Shown one piece after another: positions 36,912 through 48,558 of a stretch of 64,000 bases of DNA (position 1 is its first letter; each line of letters starts with the position of its first letter). Below the pieces are notes generated by a model. That model did not search any database, was not told the DNA's origin, and was given only the letters and a program-made list of their open reading frames with translations. Origin of the DNA: Setoptus koraiensis (taxonomy: Eukaryota; Animalia; Arthropoda); contig CM106585.1 of assembly GCA_048013815.1 (NCBI GenBank), positions 10,168,001 through 10,232,000 of the forward strand, given 5' to 3'. The translations under genes and the position numbers were made by a program.

Positions 36912-38306
36912 TTATAAGTTGAGAAGTACTATTCTCTTCACAGTTGGTTTCCTCTTGGTAGCTTTGGATGGTTTTTTTTTGAATCGACCATAAATTGTCC
37001 TGGCAGGTTTTGGTTGCATGATATTATAATTAATATTTATCTGAGTCGGTCTTTTCGTTTTCTTGCTAGAAACTTCATTCATTGCCATTACTGGTGCGGC
37101 CTGACTGGGTTCATCCTCAGTCTTGTCATCCTGATAATATCTACTCCGCACGATCAGATAATACAGCAAGCATATCACAGCTACTGCGATGAAAAATAAT
37201 AGAAATATCAATCCTATGAGAAATAGATAGCTTCCATATTTACACGGAAGTTTAGCATCAGGACTCACTGGAATTGTCTCATTCAATCCTGAAAACTCAC
37301 ATATCGCATTGAGATTCTCTCGAAGATGCTCCGATGAATCAATCAAACGACATGTATTGTCGTTGGAACAATTGATGAAAAGACTTTTTGGTCCACTTTG
37401 TTCGAATCTGTATCCCACTTCGGCCATTCCTCTAATAGCATCACCTTCATTTTCATCGCTTAATGCTTTATTCAAGTCCATTTTTATCGTTATAGGACAA
37501 TTTTTGATTATCTGTTTGTGGTCATGTATCATTTTACTTAAATTTCCAACAAATTCGAATCCATTCACTCTGATTACTGTTTCTCCTACCTTAGGCAAAC
37601 CATCTCCACAGCAATAACCTTCACAAGGAAACTTGAAATGATCGTCTTGTATCATGAATTTTTGTTTGTTCGGGTACTGAATACCGAGTGTTCCATTATC
37701 GTTATAATTAAAACTAATTTCGAATGTTCGATTGGCATTCTTCGGAGGATTTATTAAAAAAAATCGACCTGGTGAGTTGCCCAATGAAATGTGCTCAGAG
37801 GTCATTGTATACAAAAGATTTTCATGGTCGCCTAAACTACTAAATAGTTTTGATGGTGACCAAGGGGCCTCATCTGAATTTTCTGGGAAGAGGCTTTCGG
37901 GGAAGTAATCGAGAATTTCTCCATAATAGATATAGTTGAATTCAGTCATATATGCTACGTTATTACTCTCGAAATAAAGCCTCGGTGATAAAAGGGTATT
38001 TATGATTGTACAATCAAATCTTCTCAGTTTTGCGAAGACACTAATGGTCACATCTATGGGTATTTTGGTTTCAGTTAACTTTAGTGTAAGACGATACCAA
38101 TCAAGGAATGAGCCACCAATTTGACAACCAAGTAACCGAACATCACCATCACGATTAATTTTGATGTGAGCAGCGTATTTCTTTGCGCTATCCAAAGGTT
38201 CACACATAGACACTGGCCCTACATCGCTCGGATACGAATTTGCATAGATTAGTCCAACTAATGAAAGGAGTATCGTGGTTCGGTGCCTCTGATGCAGGTA
38301 CCACAT
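36912..38306 (-). CDS. Orphan type I membrane protein (464 aa)
   Basis: Signal-like TILLSLVGLIYANS, Cys-containing ectodomain with several N-x-S/T sequons, one TM (YLFLIGLIFLLFFIAVAVICLLYYLIV), Lys/Arg-rich tail; single exon. Confidence 0.75.
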   Translation of the reverse strand: MWYLHQRHRTTILLSLVGLIYANSYPSDVGPVSMCEPLDSAKKYAAHIKINRDGDVRLLGCQIGGSFLDWYRLTLKLTETKIPIDVTISVFAKLRRFDCTIINTLLSPRLYFESNNVAYMTEFNYIYYGEILDYFPESLFPENSDEAPWSPSKLFSSLGDHENLLYTMTSEHISLGNSPGRFFLINPPKNANRTFEISFNYNDNGTLGIQYPNKQKFMIQDDHFKFPCEGYCCGDGLPKVGETVIRVNGFEFVGNLSKMIHDHKQIIKNCPITIKMDLNKALSDENEGDAIRGMAEVGYRFEQSGPKSLFINCSNDNTCRLIDSSEHLRENLNAICEFSGLNETIPVSPDAKLPCKYGSYLFLIGLIFLLFFIAVAVICLLYYLIVRSRYYQDDKTEDEPSQAAPVMAMNEVSSKKTKRPTQININYNIMQPKPARTIYGRFKKKPSKATKRKPTVKRIVLLNL

Positions 38307-39280
38307 TCCAATATTGGCTTTTCTCTCGCGTTATCTTATCTTAGTATGTATTGTCAACATAACTCAGCAACAGCATCATCGTATCTACCTGCTGGCCTAA
38401 CACGATTATCTACTTGAATCTCACTTCGTCGCTCACCACCCTCCACTCACGTTGTCTTCCGTGGGATACATTTATAATCGGGTGAGGGTGATGCATAAAC
38501 GATTCAATAGAACAAACATGAATCATTAATAAAAAAACATGAACAAATGAGCACGTAGAGCGAGCGATAGCAGATGCTTATGTTTGGATCGTGTGATCGT
38601 TGCTTTCGTGCATGTCAGAAGACATAAAAAAATCATTGCTGCAATTTCGTCTATCGCTCCTCGTGAAAGCCAGTCATTGCAACCGAATTTTTACATTATG
38701 ATAAAAACCTGGCTGATGGAAACATACTGACTACTCCAATACCCATGGGTACTAAACGAATCGAAAATCAAAAAATACAATTCATATTCAGCCGTGCTAT
38801 TCATAGCCTATTCTTATGAGTCCAAGTAACCTCGAAAAAAGTCGATTTGCGAATATCTCCGTATAGAAGCATTTTTTCTATCTCTACCAAAAAAAATTCT
38901 TTTCATTGCGTTTGCGAGATATTGAAGTGTATTTTTGCGAGGATGAGGTGACAAAGATCTATTATATGTATATTGGCTTTATTGTTGGTCCTAAGTTTAT
39001 GCAACTCAGTGAGTGGCTCGCATGAGCACTGAAATGGTTCTCTAGCATGCGATGAACTGCATTACATGAGTGTGAAGAACTAGTGAAATTTTCATTGTTA
39101 GATTAAAAATAGATTCTGTCTCTAAGGAGGACACTCTGTACATGTACTCATCTCGATGTACGATGAATCATCGCCGAACTTATTCACAGATATTTTGGCA
39201 TATTTGAAATTCGGTGCACCAGCTCGATTGTCGTAGAGCCAATAATTAATAACTTTTTGAATCATTATTATTGACTCATC

Positions 39281-39970
39281 ATGAAATCGATTGTATTTTT
39301 GTTAATTGTCCTTGTGACAGTACAAATTGTCTCTAATGGGCCGTCTGGCGTTTCGGCGGGAGTCGGTACTAAATTAAAAAATAAGCTTCTCTCCTGTATC
39401 CATCCTAAGGCGAATGATGAGAAAGAAGAAAAACACGAAAAGCACGAAAAACCCGTCGACCCCTATAACCCGGAAAAAGAGCACAAGTTTGAGAAAGAAC
39501 ATGAAAAAGAGCATGATGTTGAGAAAGAACATGAAAAAGAGCATCATGTAGAGAAAGAACATGAAAAAGAACGTGAGGAGAGCCATCGGTATCACGAGGA
39601 TAAATACACCGATAATTTGTATTACGATGATCATCATCATGATCATCATGATGATCATTATGATGATCATCATGATGAACCTCATCACCACGATGAGTTC
39701 TCTCGTCATGAAGAAGAAGAATACAGACACGACAAATACGAAGATGAAAGAGAGTACGAACTAGAGAAGGAATTGAGGAGGGAGCGCGAAGAGAATCATG
39801 AGCTAAAAGAAGATCTTGAGCGAGAGCATGAACTCAGAGAAAGAGAGGAAGAATATGGATCAGGTCGTAGAAGCGAAAGAGAGGAACGATATGAAGAACA
39901 TGGTTCAAGTCGTAGAGGCGAAAGAGAGGAACGACATGAAGAATCCGACTCCGATTCAGACGACGACTAA
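39281..39970 (+). CDS. Secreted His/Glu/Asp-rich low-complexity protein (229 aa)
   Basis: Signal peptide MKSIVFLLIVLVTVQIVSNG; EKEHEKEH repeats from a 30-nt tandem unit (~39491-39572); DDHHHDHHDDH tract; acidic tail. Confidence 0.8.
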   Translation: MKSIVFLLIVLVTVQIVSNGPSGVSAGVGTKLKNKLLSCIHPKANDEKEEKHEKHEKPVDPYNPEKEHKFEKEHEKEHDVEKEHEKEHHVEKEHEKEREESHRYHEDKYTDNLYYDDHHHDHHDDHYDDHHDEPHHHDEFSRHEEEEYRHDKYEDEREYELEKELRREREENHELKEDLEREHELREREEEYGSGRRSEREERYEEHGSSRRGEREERHEESDSDSDDD

Positions 39971-41331
39971 ACAACGATCATTGGCCAGCAAAATAAAGGC
40001 ATGTTCTCTTGACGGAAATAAATAGCTATGGAGGATACTGTTCTTACATCTATGGGACTGATTGAAAGGAGACGAATTCCAGTTCGCTATACACATTGTC
40101 ATGCTACGGTTGTCTAACCAAGATAAATAAAATAAAATAAACAAGCTCATTAATTAGTCTGCAATGTTCAGCATGATATGCCGTTCGACAGATTAGAGTT
40201 TCGATGGCAATAAGTAACTCACTTAGTAGCTCACAGTAATTGATACTGTGTCAGAAAAATCAAAGTAATGGTCATAATCAACTGGACTGGTCTTTCGTGA
40301 TTAGATCAACGAACATAATTTTCGGGAAATAAGAGGGAACTTTTTCATATGAATATATGTAATTGTAGATTGGATTGCGTATGATGACGCGCACACATTG
40401 ATAGCGGTTTGGATGATTGTCGTTGGTTCGTTTTCTCAGAGATCAATCCGGACCTGCATCATTGTATCTGATCAATTTTTAAGCGATGGCTTTTCTTTTC
40501 AGTTCGACCAAAATATCTTCATTTGTTAAATCGGCATTCCCATATCTGTTGCCATCCTTCCTAGTAAGAAAATTGCTTATGGTCAGCTCAAATGGTTGAT
40601 CTCCGAGAACTTCCAGAAATCTTTTTCAATTGAACAAAAACTATCGTATCATCATTATCTAGATTTCTCCTGAACGTGGATGAATCCTTGGTTTCCTTAA
40701 TGCAGCTTATTGAATAGTCGATACTTGGTTTTGATAAGTCCTGTTAGCGTTTTACTTGTTTCATGAACATTGACATGATGTAGGTAAAATTGTTGAGAAG
40801 TTAATCTTCGGCACCAAATAGACCATTGAAGGACATGATGGTTCATCTAGGTGAAAAAATCCAAAAGAGTCAATGAAGATAAAGATCTATTAAAATACTT
40901 TTTATGGCCAAAGGTTATAAATTATAGGTCAATCAAAACATACTGGATTTTCTGATTATTCGCGAGTTGGTTTTTGAAAGAATTCCCTCAAAGTATGACA
41001 GTAGGGTTCTTATCTTCTATGCACTAGTATCATGGTGGATATCCCAAATGCAAAACAACGTTTATCGTTCGAGGTAGATTCAGTCAGTGCGGTTCCAAGG
41101 ATATTCGCCGCCATGAATAGACCAAGATTTATTTATTCCCATTTAGCCTTTCTTGTGCTGGTCAACCTATCTAAGTATGACTGCTTTGATAAATTTCCAC
41201 TCAACCAAACATCAGAATTAACGATTCAGAAAGAGTAGAAAATGAAGCCAGAAGATACCGTCAGGAAATATTATATCAAAATGAAACAACATTGTTGATC
41301 ACAAGGCGTCTCTTATGTTATTGTTTATGTT

Positions 41332-41850
41332 TCATTGTACACAAGTCTCATTTGGGTAAAACGTTTCAAGTTGATCGCACAAATCATTGTATTGATTAGT
41401 TAATAAATCGATATTGCTGTATGATGGATATGTTATCCCGCGTTTGTTCGTGACGTCTCCGGAATCTATGATTCTATGAAATTGGGTGACCTTTTCTTTG
41501 GCCTCTTTCAACCAAAGTTCCTGTTCAACCATTTTTTGATTGTATAATAAAATCAATTGATGTTGGATTTTTCCAGGGTTTTGAAAACGCTGAAAAAATG
41601 GTAAATCAGGGACTCTTTCAGTGCCCGAATCTTTTATTTGTTCTATATAATAAGATAGTTCGTATGTTGGACAATTATCCTCAGCGTAGGTCAGCAATTC
41701 TACGCTGGCAAATTTCAGAGATCGTATTTTTCTGATCGTGGTTGCATCGCAGCGCTTAAATCCGCTCATTGCCATATTATCGATTTTTATGAGTTGGCCT
41801 AGCGATGTTCCGACCACTAAACTTAGAACCATTGCTCGTAAATAGATCAT
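41332..41850 (-). CDS. Orphan small secreted protein (172 aa, 4 Cys)
   Basis: First ATG at 41850 gives MIYLRAMVLSLVVGTSLG (signal-like); single exon. Confidence 0.65.
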   Translation of the reverse strand: MIYLRAMVLSLVVGTSLGQLIKIDNMAMSGFKRCDATTIRKIRSLKFASVELLTYAEDNCPTYELSYYIEQIKDSGTERVPDLPFFQRFQNPGKIQHQLILLYNQKMVEQELWLKEAKEKVTQFHRIIDSGDVTNKRGITYPSYSNIDLLTNQYNDLCDQLETFYPNETCVQ

Positions 41851-42928
41851 CTTATTATAATTGTTTGCTTGTTGGATTTGAAAGTACAATTTGACATTCA
41901 ATATCAGTCAGATCAGTTCATCCCTTCACGCTACATCTAATGTCATTGAAGCCCAGTTATCACAGCTTTGGTTTACCAAAAGCACCGAGCTTTGGCAAGT
42001 TTCTATATATAACTTGCCTCGTGTGCATACCAATTTATCAACAATGACGATCAACTGTGGGGTGCTCGGGATAGGACGCCTTTTCATCTCGTTTGTGAAA
42101 TCCAAGGTTCCTAGGTTATATGAGGCATAGTCGATAGCAAGGACAGGCTCTGAGGTTTAGCGTCGATTTTCTGTAAACAAAGCGGGGTGATTGTCATAGA
42201 ATATGGATTGACAAATCAATGCAACCATATTAGGCGTGAGAAAACGTACTAGAGTTCGGAAGGCCGATCAAGCAAAAGATCTCTGCTTTCGGGCAATCTC
42301 CGAAATATTCGGTTGTCCCACTATACGCAGGATTAGCTTTAGTCTCGAATGGCTCACGCATTTATCTCAGAAATTCAGACGTTGATGCCACTAAAGAGTA
42401 ATCAATTGGTGCTAACAGGATCTTTTCATAAAAGAAATAATTGCTCTACGTGGCTGGAAGCGACCGTTATAGAATAATAACATGGCACGGTCAAAACATC
42501 TGAGTACAGATTCAGATAGCTGTACATTATTTCAAGCTATCTAGAATTGTGAAATGCTGGCCATTTCTAAGCATGCTCAATTGTGCACCGATTTTTAAGT
42601 TGCCAACCACCACTGACAAGAGTGCTTAGTCAGAAGAAATTGTAATTAAACAGACTGTAAAATTAATTGCTATCATGATATATCGTATTGCTAATGCTCC
42701 ATCGCTTGTGCTGTACATTATGTAATGAATATTGAGTCTTTCTGTCAGTCATTCAAACCATTTTCTGGGCCTAACGATTAATCAGCTTGCTACTCTTTGA
42801 ACCTAATCAAAATTGCACTACATCACGAACATTTTCATGATAAGAACCAATCAAGAACCAGTTAGACTGGCATGCCACTTGTTTTATCTTAGAAAAATTG
42901 ACTTTGTCTACGATTGTCTACGACCAAA

Positions 42929-44601
42929 ATGTCATCCCTGTTGGCCTTCTCAAACATTCTTGAGATAAATAACTTTCTGAAGCAAAATTTGTTGATGAAA
43001 ATACTGATAAGCATTGCAACTGTTTGTTTTCTTGGTACAGTACATTTTCTACTGAAACGATACAAGAGGTTGCAATTGTTCAAAAATTTGGGGATACCAA
43101 CGCCAAAAATCAATCTGATAAATGGAAACCTCAGCGAATATATTGAGAATCCTGCCTATTTCGAAACAAATGCAAGATGGGTGAAAGAATTAGGACCGTT
43201 GCATGGCTTTTATTTAGGGGATATGGCCGTTCTACAAGTGAGCCATCCAAGCATTATCAAACAAGTTTTTCAAGATAGGCAAACATTACCGGCGGATAGA
43301 ATTCAGGCAATGACCAAGGAAATAAATTCTGGTATTTTGTTTGTCAAGGATCCTAGATGGAGGACCATGCGCAAGACCATTCAGCCCACATTCAGGTGAG
43401 ATTCAATAAATACTGGTTTGATGTATATTGTTCAATTGTTTCACGCCTATCAAATCTTATACCTTTTCTCGATCCGTCCAATCTTATCGAATGCAGCCGG
43501 TTCAAGATTCAGGATGTGGAATGTGACGCATTAATTGAACAAACTCTCACTAAGATGATGAATTATCTTGAAAAGAAAAGCAAAATTCACAACAGAGCAC
43601 CGTTCGAGATCGACATTATTGGTCTGATGGAGTCAACAACCCTCAATCTGGTATCAGTGCTAGCATTCAACATAACGAATAGAGATGTAAGCGAAGCGGA
43701 TGTGCATGTTGAAAAATTTGAGGAGTTCCTAGCCCGATCCAGATACGAGGGCATCACCGGGTGGTCGATGAGCTTTCCCATCTTACTAACCATTATAAGA
43801 TTTATATTGCAGCACATAACTATGGGCCGATTCTTGAATAATTTAATCACTCATGCAGAGGAAAAAATTGACCAAGGTCTAAAAGAAATCATGAATAATA
43901 CAAGAAGCCCAGATAAGAATAGACATACATTATTGGATTCAATGATAGAGATGCACCACGATGGCCATTTAACTCGTCTTGAGGTTGTAGGGAACGTCGT
44001 GGGGGTATTGATTGCCGGTTACGACACTACAAGCAGCACACTTTCGAGTTTATTTTGGTTACTCGCAAAGCATCGCGAAATTCAAGACAGATTGCGCAAA
44101 GAACTTATAGAATATGGATCAGAAAGTGTGTGGCTAGAGTCATTGATACACGAAACTATGAGGTTGTATCCGGTTGCTGTTACATTCACATCTAGAATAT
44201 TCCAGCAAGATATCGAGCTTGATGTCACAGGGATATTGGATAGTGGCAAAACTAAACTGATGATACCCAAAGGTGTTGTTTTTGTTTATAATGCCTGGGT
44301 GAACAACAGGGATCCCAAGGTTTGGGACAATCCAAACGAATTTATTCCCGAACGTTTCATTGACCCTCAAACTGAGACAATTGATAAGAAATTGGTCGCC
44401 TCGTTGGCCGCTTTTGGTTTCGGTAGGCACATTTGCTTGGGTCAAAACTTGGCCTTCCTAGAAATGAAGACCATCATAACTAAAATTATTCTGTCATACA
44501 GGCTCAAATTGATATCTCCAGACGAGCTCAGATTGGTATCAAAGGCGAAGGTTTTGTCGAAATCAAGAGACAAAATAAAGCTCTATTTCGAACAGATTTG
44601 A
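42929..44601 (+). CDS. Cytochrome P450 (microsomal, CYP3-clan-like); exons 42929-43395 and 43497-44601, ~523 aa
   Basis: N-terminal TM anchor, WRTMRK, I-helix AGYDTT, ETMR (ExxR), PERF and heme motif FGFGRHICLG. Donor AG|GTGAG and acceptor gcag|C are both phase 2. Confidence 0.92.
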
Positions 44602-44712
44602 TCGTATCGGGAGCCATTTACCGACCGGATGTACCCGAAATGAACTGTGAATTATCAGTGATGAGTGCTCGCATCGGCATGATGCATACTTCTTGTGTAG
44701 AGTGTTTTTGAA

Positions 44713-44991
44713 TTATTTATTGCTAAATTTAAAACATGAACAAGTTTTCCATTTATAAAGGCCCAGAAATGAATGATCTTCAACCATTCCAAACTCAAAC
44801 AATTTCCCCTTGCAACATCCTTGACACAATGTATTTTGTTCTTCTGCCGGTAGATAGGATTCATTTGTAGCCACTTGATCGCAAATTTTGTCATCTCTCA
44901 GCAGGAGCGCCGATTGGCTGAGCTGTATGTTGAATGCCATCGTACAAAATCCAAAAAGACAAAACCATAAGAGTGGTGATAAGCTCGACAT
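44713..44991 (-). CDS. Small secreted cysteine-rich peptide (92 aa)
   Basis: Signal-like N-terminus; mature pattern C-x18-C-x2-CC-x23-C-x-C. Confidence 0.65.
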   Translation of the reverse strand: MSSLSPLLWFCLFGFCTMAFNIQLSQSALLLRDDKICDQVATNESYLPAEEQNTLCQGCCKGKLFEFGMVEDHSFLGLYKWKTCSCFKFSNK

Positions 44992-45450
44992 GCTTCTACC
45001 TTGACCAATGCGTTAACAATTGATTTAATTGAAAAAAATTCAGATGTTTCTTTATCATGTGTGTTTCTATCTGGTCCCAGTGAAACTATTTTTTGTGTAT
45101 TTATTCAGTCTCACTCAGTCGGCCCATGTCGAGAAGTTCCGGCTAAAAAAAAGTAGGCTATAAATAGAATTCAATGGTAGAAATGTCGATTCACTCGGAA
45201 CGCATAAAAACGCACAAACATGTTTTGGGATCTTAAATTGAGTAGAGTTAATTCTTATGAAAATAAATCTTCTTGCATAAAAAAGAGCTTTCATTTTTAT
45301 CTCTTTAATATACACACACACTCATTCTATTCGTTTGTTTTTTGTTGTTGTTGTCGTTGCTGTGTTTCGATTTCATTACGATAATCGATGACGATTTGAT
45401 AAAACGTGTTGCCATGACAGAGTTGCGTCATAATATCATCGTTTTATGCC

Positions 45451-48400
45451 TTAAGGGGCTTTGGTGGTGCTACCTGCTGCTTTCTTCTTCTTTTTCTTGC
45501 CCTTAGACGGAGCTGCAGTGGTCGTTTTATCTTCTGACGTTCCGGTGGCGTCTTTTTTTGTAGCATCAGTAGGCGTACCAGAGGCAATTGGTTTGGCTGT
45601 TGTAGTTTTTCGCTCATTGACTATAACAGTCTGGGTTTTATTCGCCGGTTCTGTATCGAATATACTTCCGGTAAAATGTGTACCATTACCAGATTTGTCG
45701 AGGCCAGTAGCTTCAGCAGCGTCTTTTGTGGTCAATATTTTGACACTATCCCTAGACGATGGCATTATGCCCCTTTGGGCCTCATCGTACAATACCTGAA
45801 GGGCCTTTTCCTCTTGATCGAGCTTGGAGTCGCCACCGGTAGAGGGATCGTCGTTGGTTAGACTGCCCGTCAAGAAACCGTAGATGTGATCTAGATGAGG
45901 GCTATCGCCAGTTGCGTTAGTCGCTGGTTTGCCGACTATCTTGAATACTAAATTATGTGATTTTTTTTCCAAAGGATAGGCGCGCAACTGCAGTTTTACC
46001 TTAATTGTTTTTTTATCGCCAGCTATCATATCGCCAGTGATTTCATTGATGCTATCGTCGATGGTCATATTGTTCAACTGTTTTAATTGTTTCAATTGAT
46101 CGTCCGTCAAATGGGGCAAATCATGCGTGATTGGTGTCGCATTGAGATTTATCTTCCTCAGTAGATCAATGTAAAACGGTGACTTGGGCCCCACTTGTAT
46201 CTGAAGTCCGGATGTTTCGCCCAATTTGTAACCATGTTCAGCGCCACTTTTAAAGCGCATATACTCACCGGCAACCGCCTCAATGTGCCCACTATTGTCT
46301 ATGTAGGCCTTGAATCCCTCAGCGGCCGCTAACGAGCCAACAGTGGCACCCACAACCCGGCCCGAGTCTCTACCGCAGTTCATGCCTATTTTAGAGTTCA
46401 CCTTGGGCAATGGCTTGTCTGGCGTAGGTTTCTCGTAATCTGCGACACGCGAGGTTATATCGGTGCTCGCTCGCATACCCGCCGCCGCGCCAAGAGTGGC
46501 CCCAATTTTAGAGCCACTCCTCGCCCCCGATCTCTGCACATAATAGATACCCGCTTTAGGGCCCAGTTTGGCCCCGCTCATAAAGCCGACCTTAAGCGCG
46601 GCTTTAAATGCGGCAAAACTTGCCTCGCTGTAAGCGGCCCGTTTCGAGGCAAGCTCGTGCAGTTCGTGGAAGGTGTACGTCCTAGAGCCCAGCGCCCGCT
46701 CCAGTTGGGCACCCGGCCCGTCCAACGACGGGTCTGGCTTGCGAGCAGTGTTGTATCCAATAACGGTGCCCACCATATAACCAAGTCTAGCGCCTAGATC
46801 GTAGGCGTCTGGACGTTCTTCGTCGAACACATTGTTTTCGGAGTAGCTAGTTTTCAGCTTCAACCAGATACTGTCGGCCTCTTTGTCGTAGGCTGCCTCT
46901 AGGCCTGATTTCCAGCCACGCTCGAGCGAATCTCTAAATGCAAGTTGATTTTCGTGCAGATATTTGCTGTCATTTCTGACATTAGTCACAGCTTGGCTGA
47001 GATTGTCCAATGCCACCTTAATTCCGAACACATAACCTGCTGCCGATGCAATCTTGAAAACATGAAAGGCGCACTCCTCTATGGTCTCGTTGTCATGTGC
47101 GTGATCCTCTAATCCCAACGAACCGTTAGCCAAGTTTGGCAGAACAGTTGTAGATGATTTTTCTGGTGCAACAGTTGTCTCCTGCCCTCCGGAGGGATCG
47201 CCGGTCGGTTTAACCGCTGCCTTGGCTGTAGTTGCTGATTTTGCGCCAGCGGGTTTAGCTGTCGTGGGGGCGGCAGCGCGACTCTCACCCGCCTCGGTCG
47301 AATTGGCGCTGGCCAGGGGGGCCTCAGTAGTTGTTGTCGTTGTTTTCGGATGTTTCACAATAACTTTTTTGCGCACAATCTTCTTCTTGGGCTTCGCAGG
47401 AGCCGCAGTGGTACTGGCGGGTGCCTCAGAATCAGACGATGGCTCAGTGGTTGTTCCGCCCGAGGAAGGAGCCTCTTGATCCGACACGTCGCGACCGAAT
47501 CTGTTGCCGTGACTAGCTGAATAGCCCTGATACACCATTTTAGCGAGCAATTTAGGGTCGTCGCCAAGCTCGGAATCTTCTATTTCGTGATCCAGATAAG
47601 AGTTGGTCGACTCTGGAATACTCAGGTCTTGCCCAACATCCTCTAGATAGCTAGAGCTGTAGTGCATGCCTGGTGACACCTCTGGCATAACTAAAATGTC
47701 GCGCCTCCTTCTTTTTATTTTGGCCCCAGAATTCAATTTATCGAGTTTTTGAGTTGACTCGTCCATACTACCTGGCTTGTTTTCATTTAGTAAAAGCTTG
47801 TACCTGGTGATAGATGTCTTGACAGAGTTTGCCATCAACTTCGCCACCAGTGACGACGTCTTAGCTCCGGCAAGTCTGCCCTCTGTTGCTTTTTCTTGGC
47901 TGCCAGGATCCAGCGCGAGATCTCTGATTGTCATAATGCCAGCCATTTTGGCCAAACTCAGCGCCGATTTCTCTATCGCTGTTAGCAATTCTTTTTTTGT
48001 ATAGTTGCTCTTGTCGGCCAGTCTCTCTATTTCGCCCATGCCATATTCAATGTCGCGATAAATCTTAGACATATCCGGATTGTGTAGAATTCCCGTATTT
48101 GGACTGTTATTACTAGTGGTGCCGCCTCCGCTACCCAATAATAAATCTATCATTTTGGCATGTTCCGGTCTATTGTAAATTATGTCACTGTCTAATCCTC
48201 GCTCAGACATTGAATCCAGTTCAAATTTTTTCACACAATCGCCCAGGTGACCATTCTCAAATGCGCTGTGATGAATACCCTCGTGGGGATCGCCCAATGA
48301 GCTACTGTGCTTCATTACGAACCCCTGAAGCGGAACCATGGCTTAAATAATGGTAAGTAATGATGTAAGTAATAGTTTGATAAAAAGTTAGATTAGGACA

Positions 48401-48558
48401 TTTGCACATGTTATGATGCGGTCAAATGGTTTATCTCTTCTTTGACATAAAGTTCACACCCAATTACCTGGTTGCCACCTAGAATGGCTGGAAGAACAGC
48501 CCATCCATGGTAGGCACATTACTGTGGCCGTCATCAGATATATTGAAACAAACAACAT
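45451..48558 (-). CDS. Large orphan secreted protein with GxxxG glycine-zipper region and Thr-rich linkers; exons 48558-48468 and 48341-45451, ~993 aa
   Basis: Upstream exon with good-context ATG encodes the signal-like MLFVSIYLMTATVMC and ends CCAG|GTAATT (phase 1), matching acceptor taag|CC at 48341. KRRRR site at ~47701-47715. A further 5' exon is possible (acceptor tgcag upstream of the ATG). Confidence 0.78.

Noticed and set aside
38740-38950. Sequence with a transposon-like feel upstream of the His-rich gene
   Set aside because: No TIR pair, TSD or coding remnant could be shown.
39374-40025. Met/Ile/Phe-rich ORFs overlapping the His-rich gene
   Set aside because: Antisense and off-frame shadows of the CAT/GAT/GAA repeats.
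40450-41250. Protein-like fragments with stops on the minus strand (possible pseudogene)
   Set aside because: Stop frequency is compatible with random AT-rich DNA and no parent gene is recognisable.
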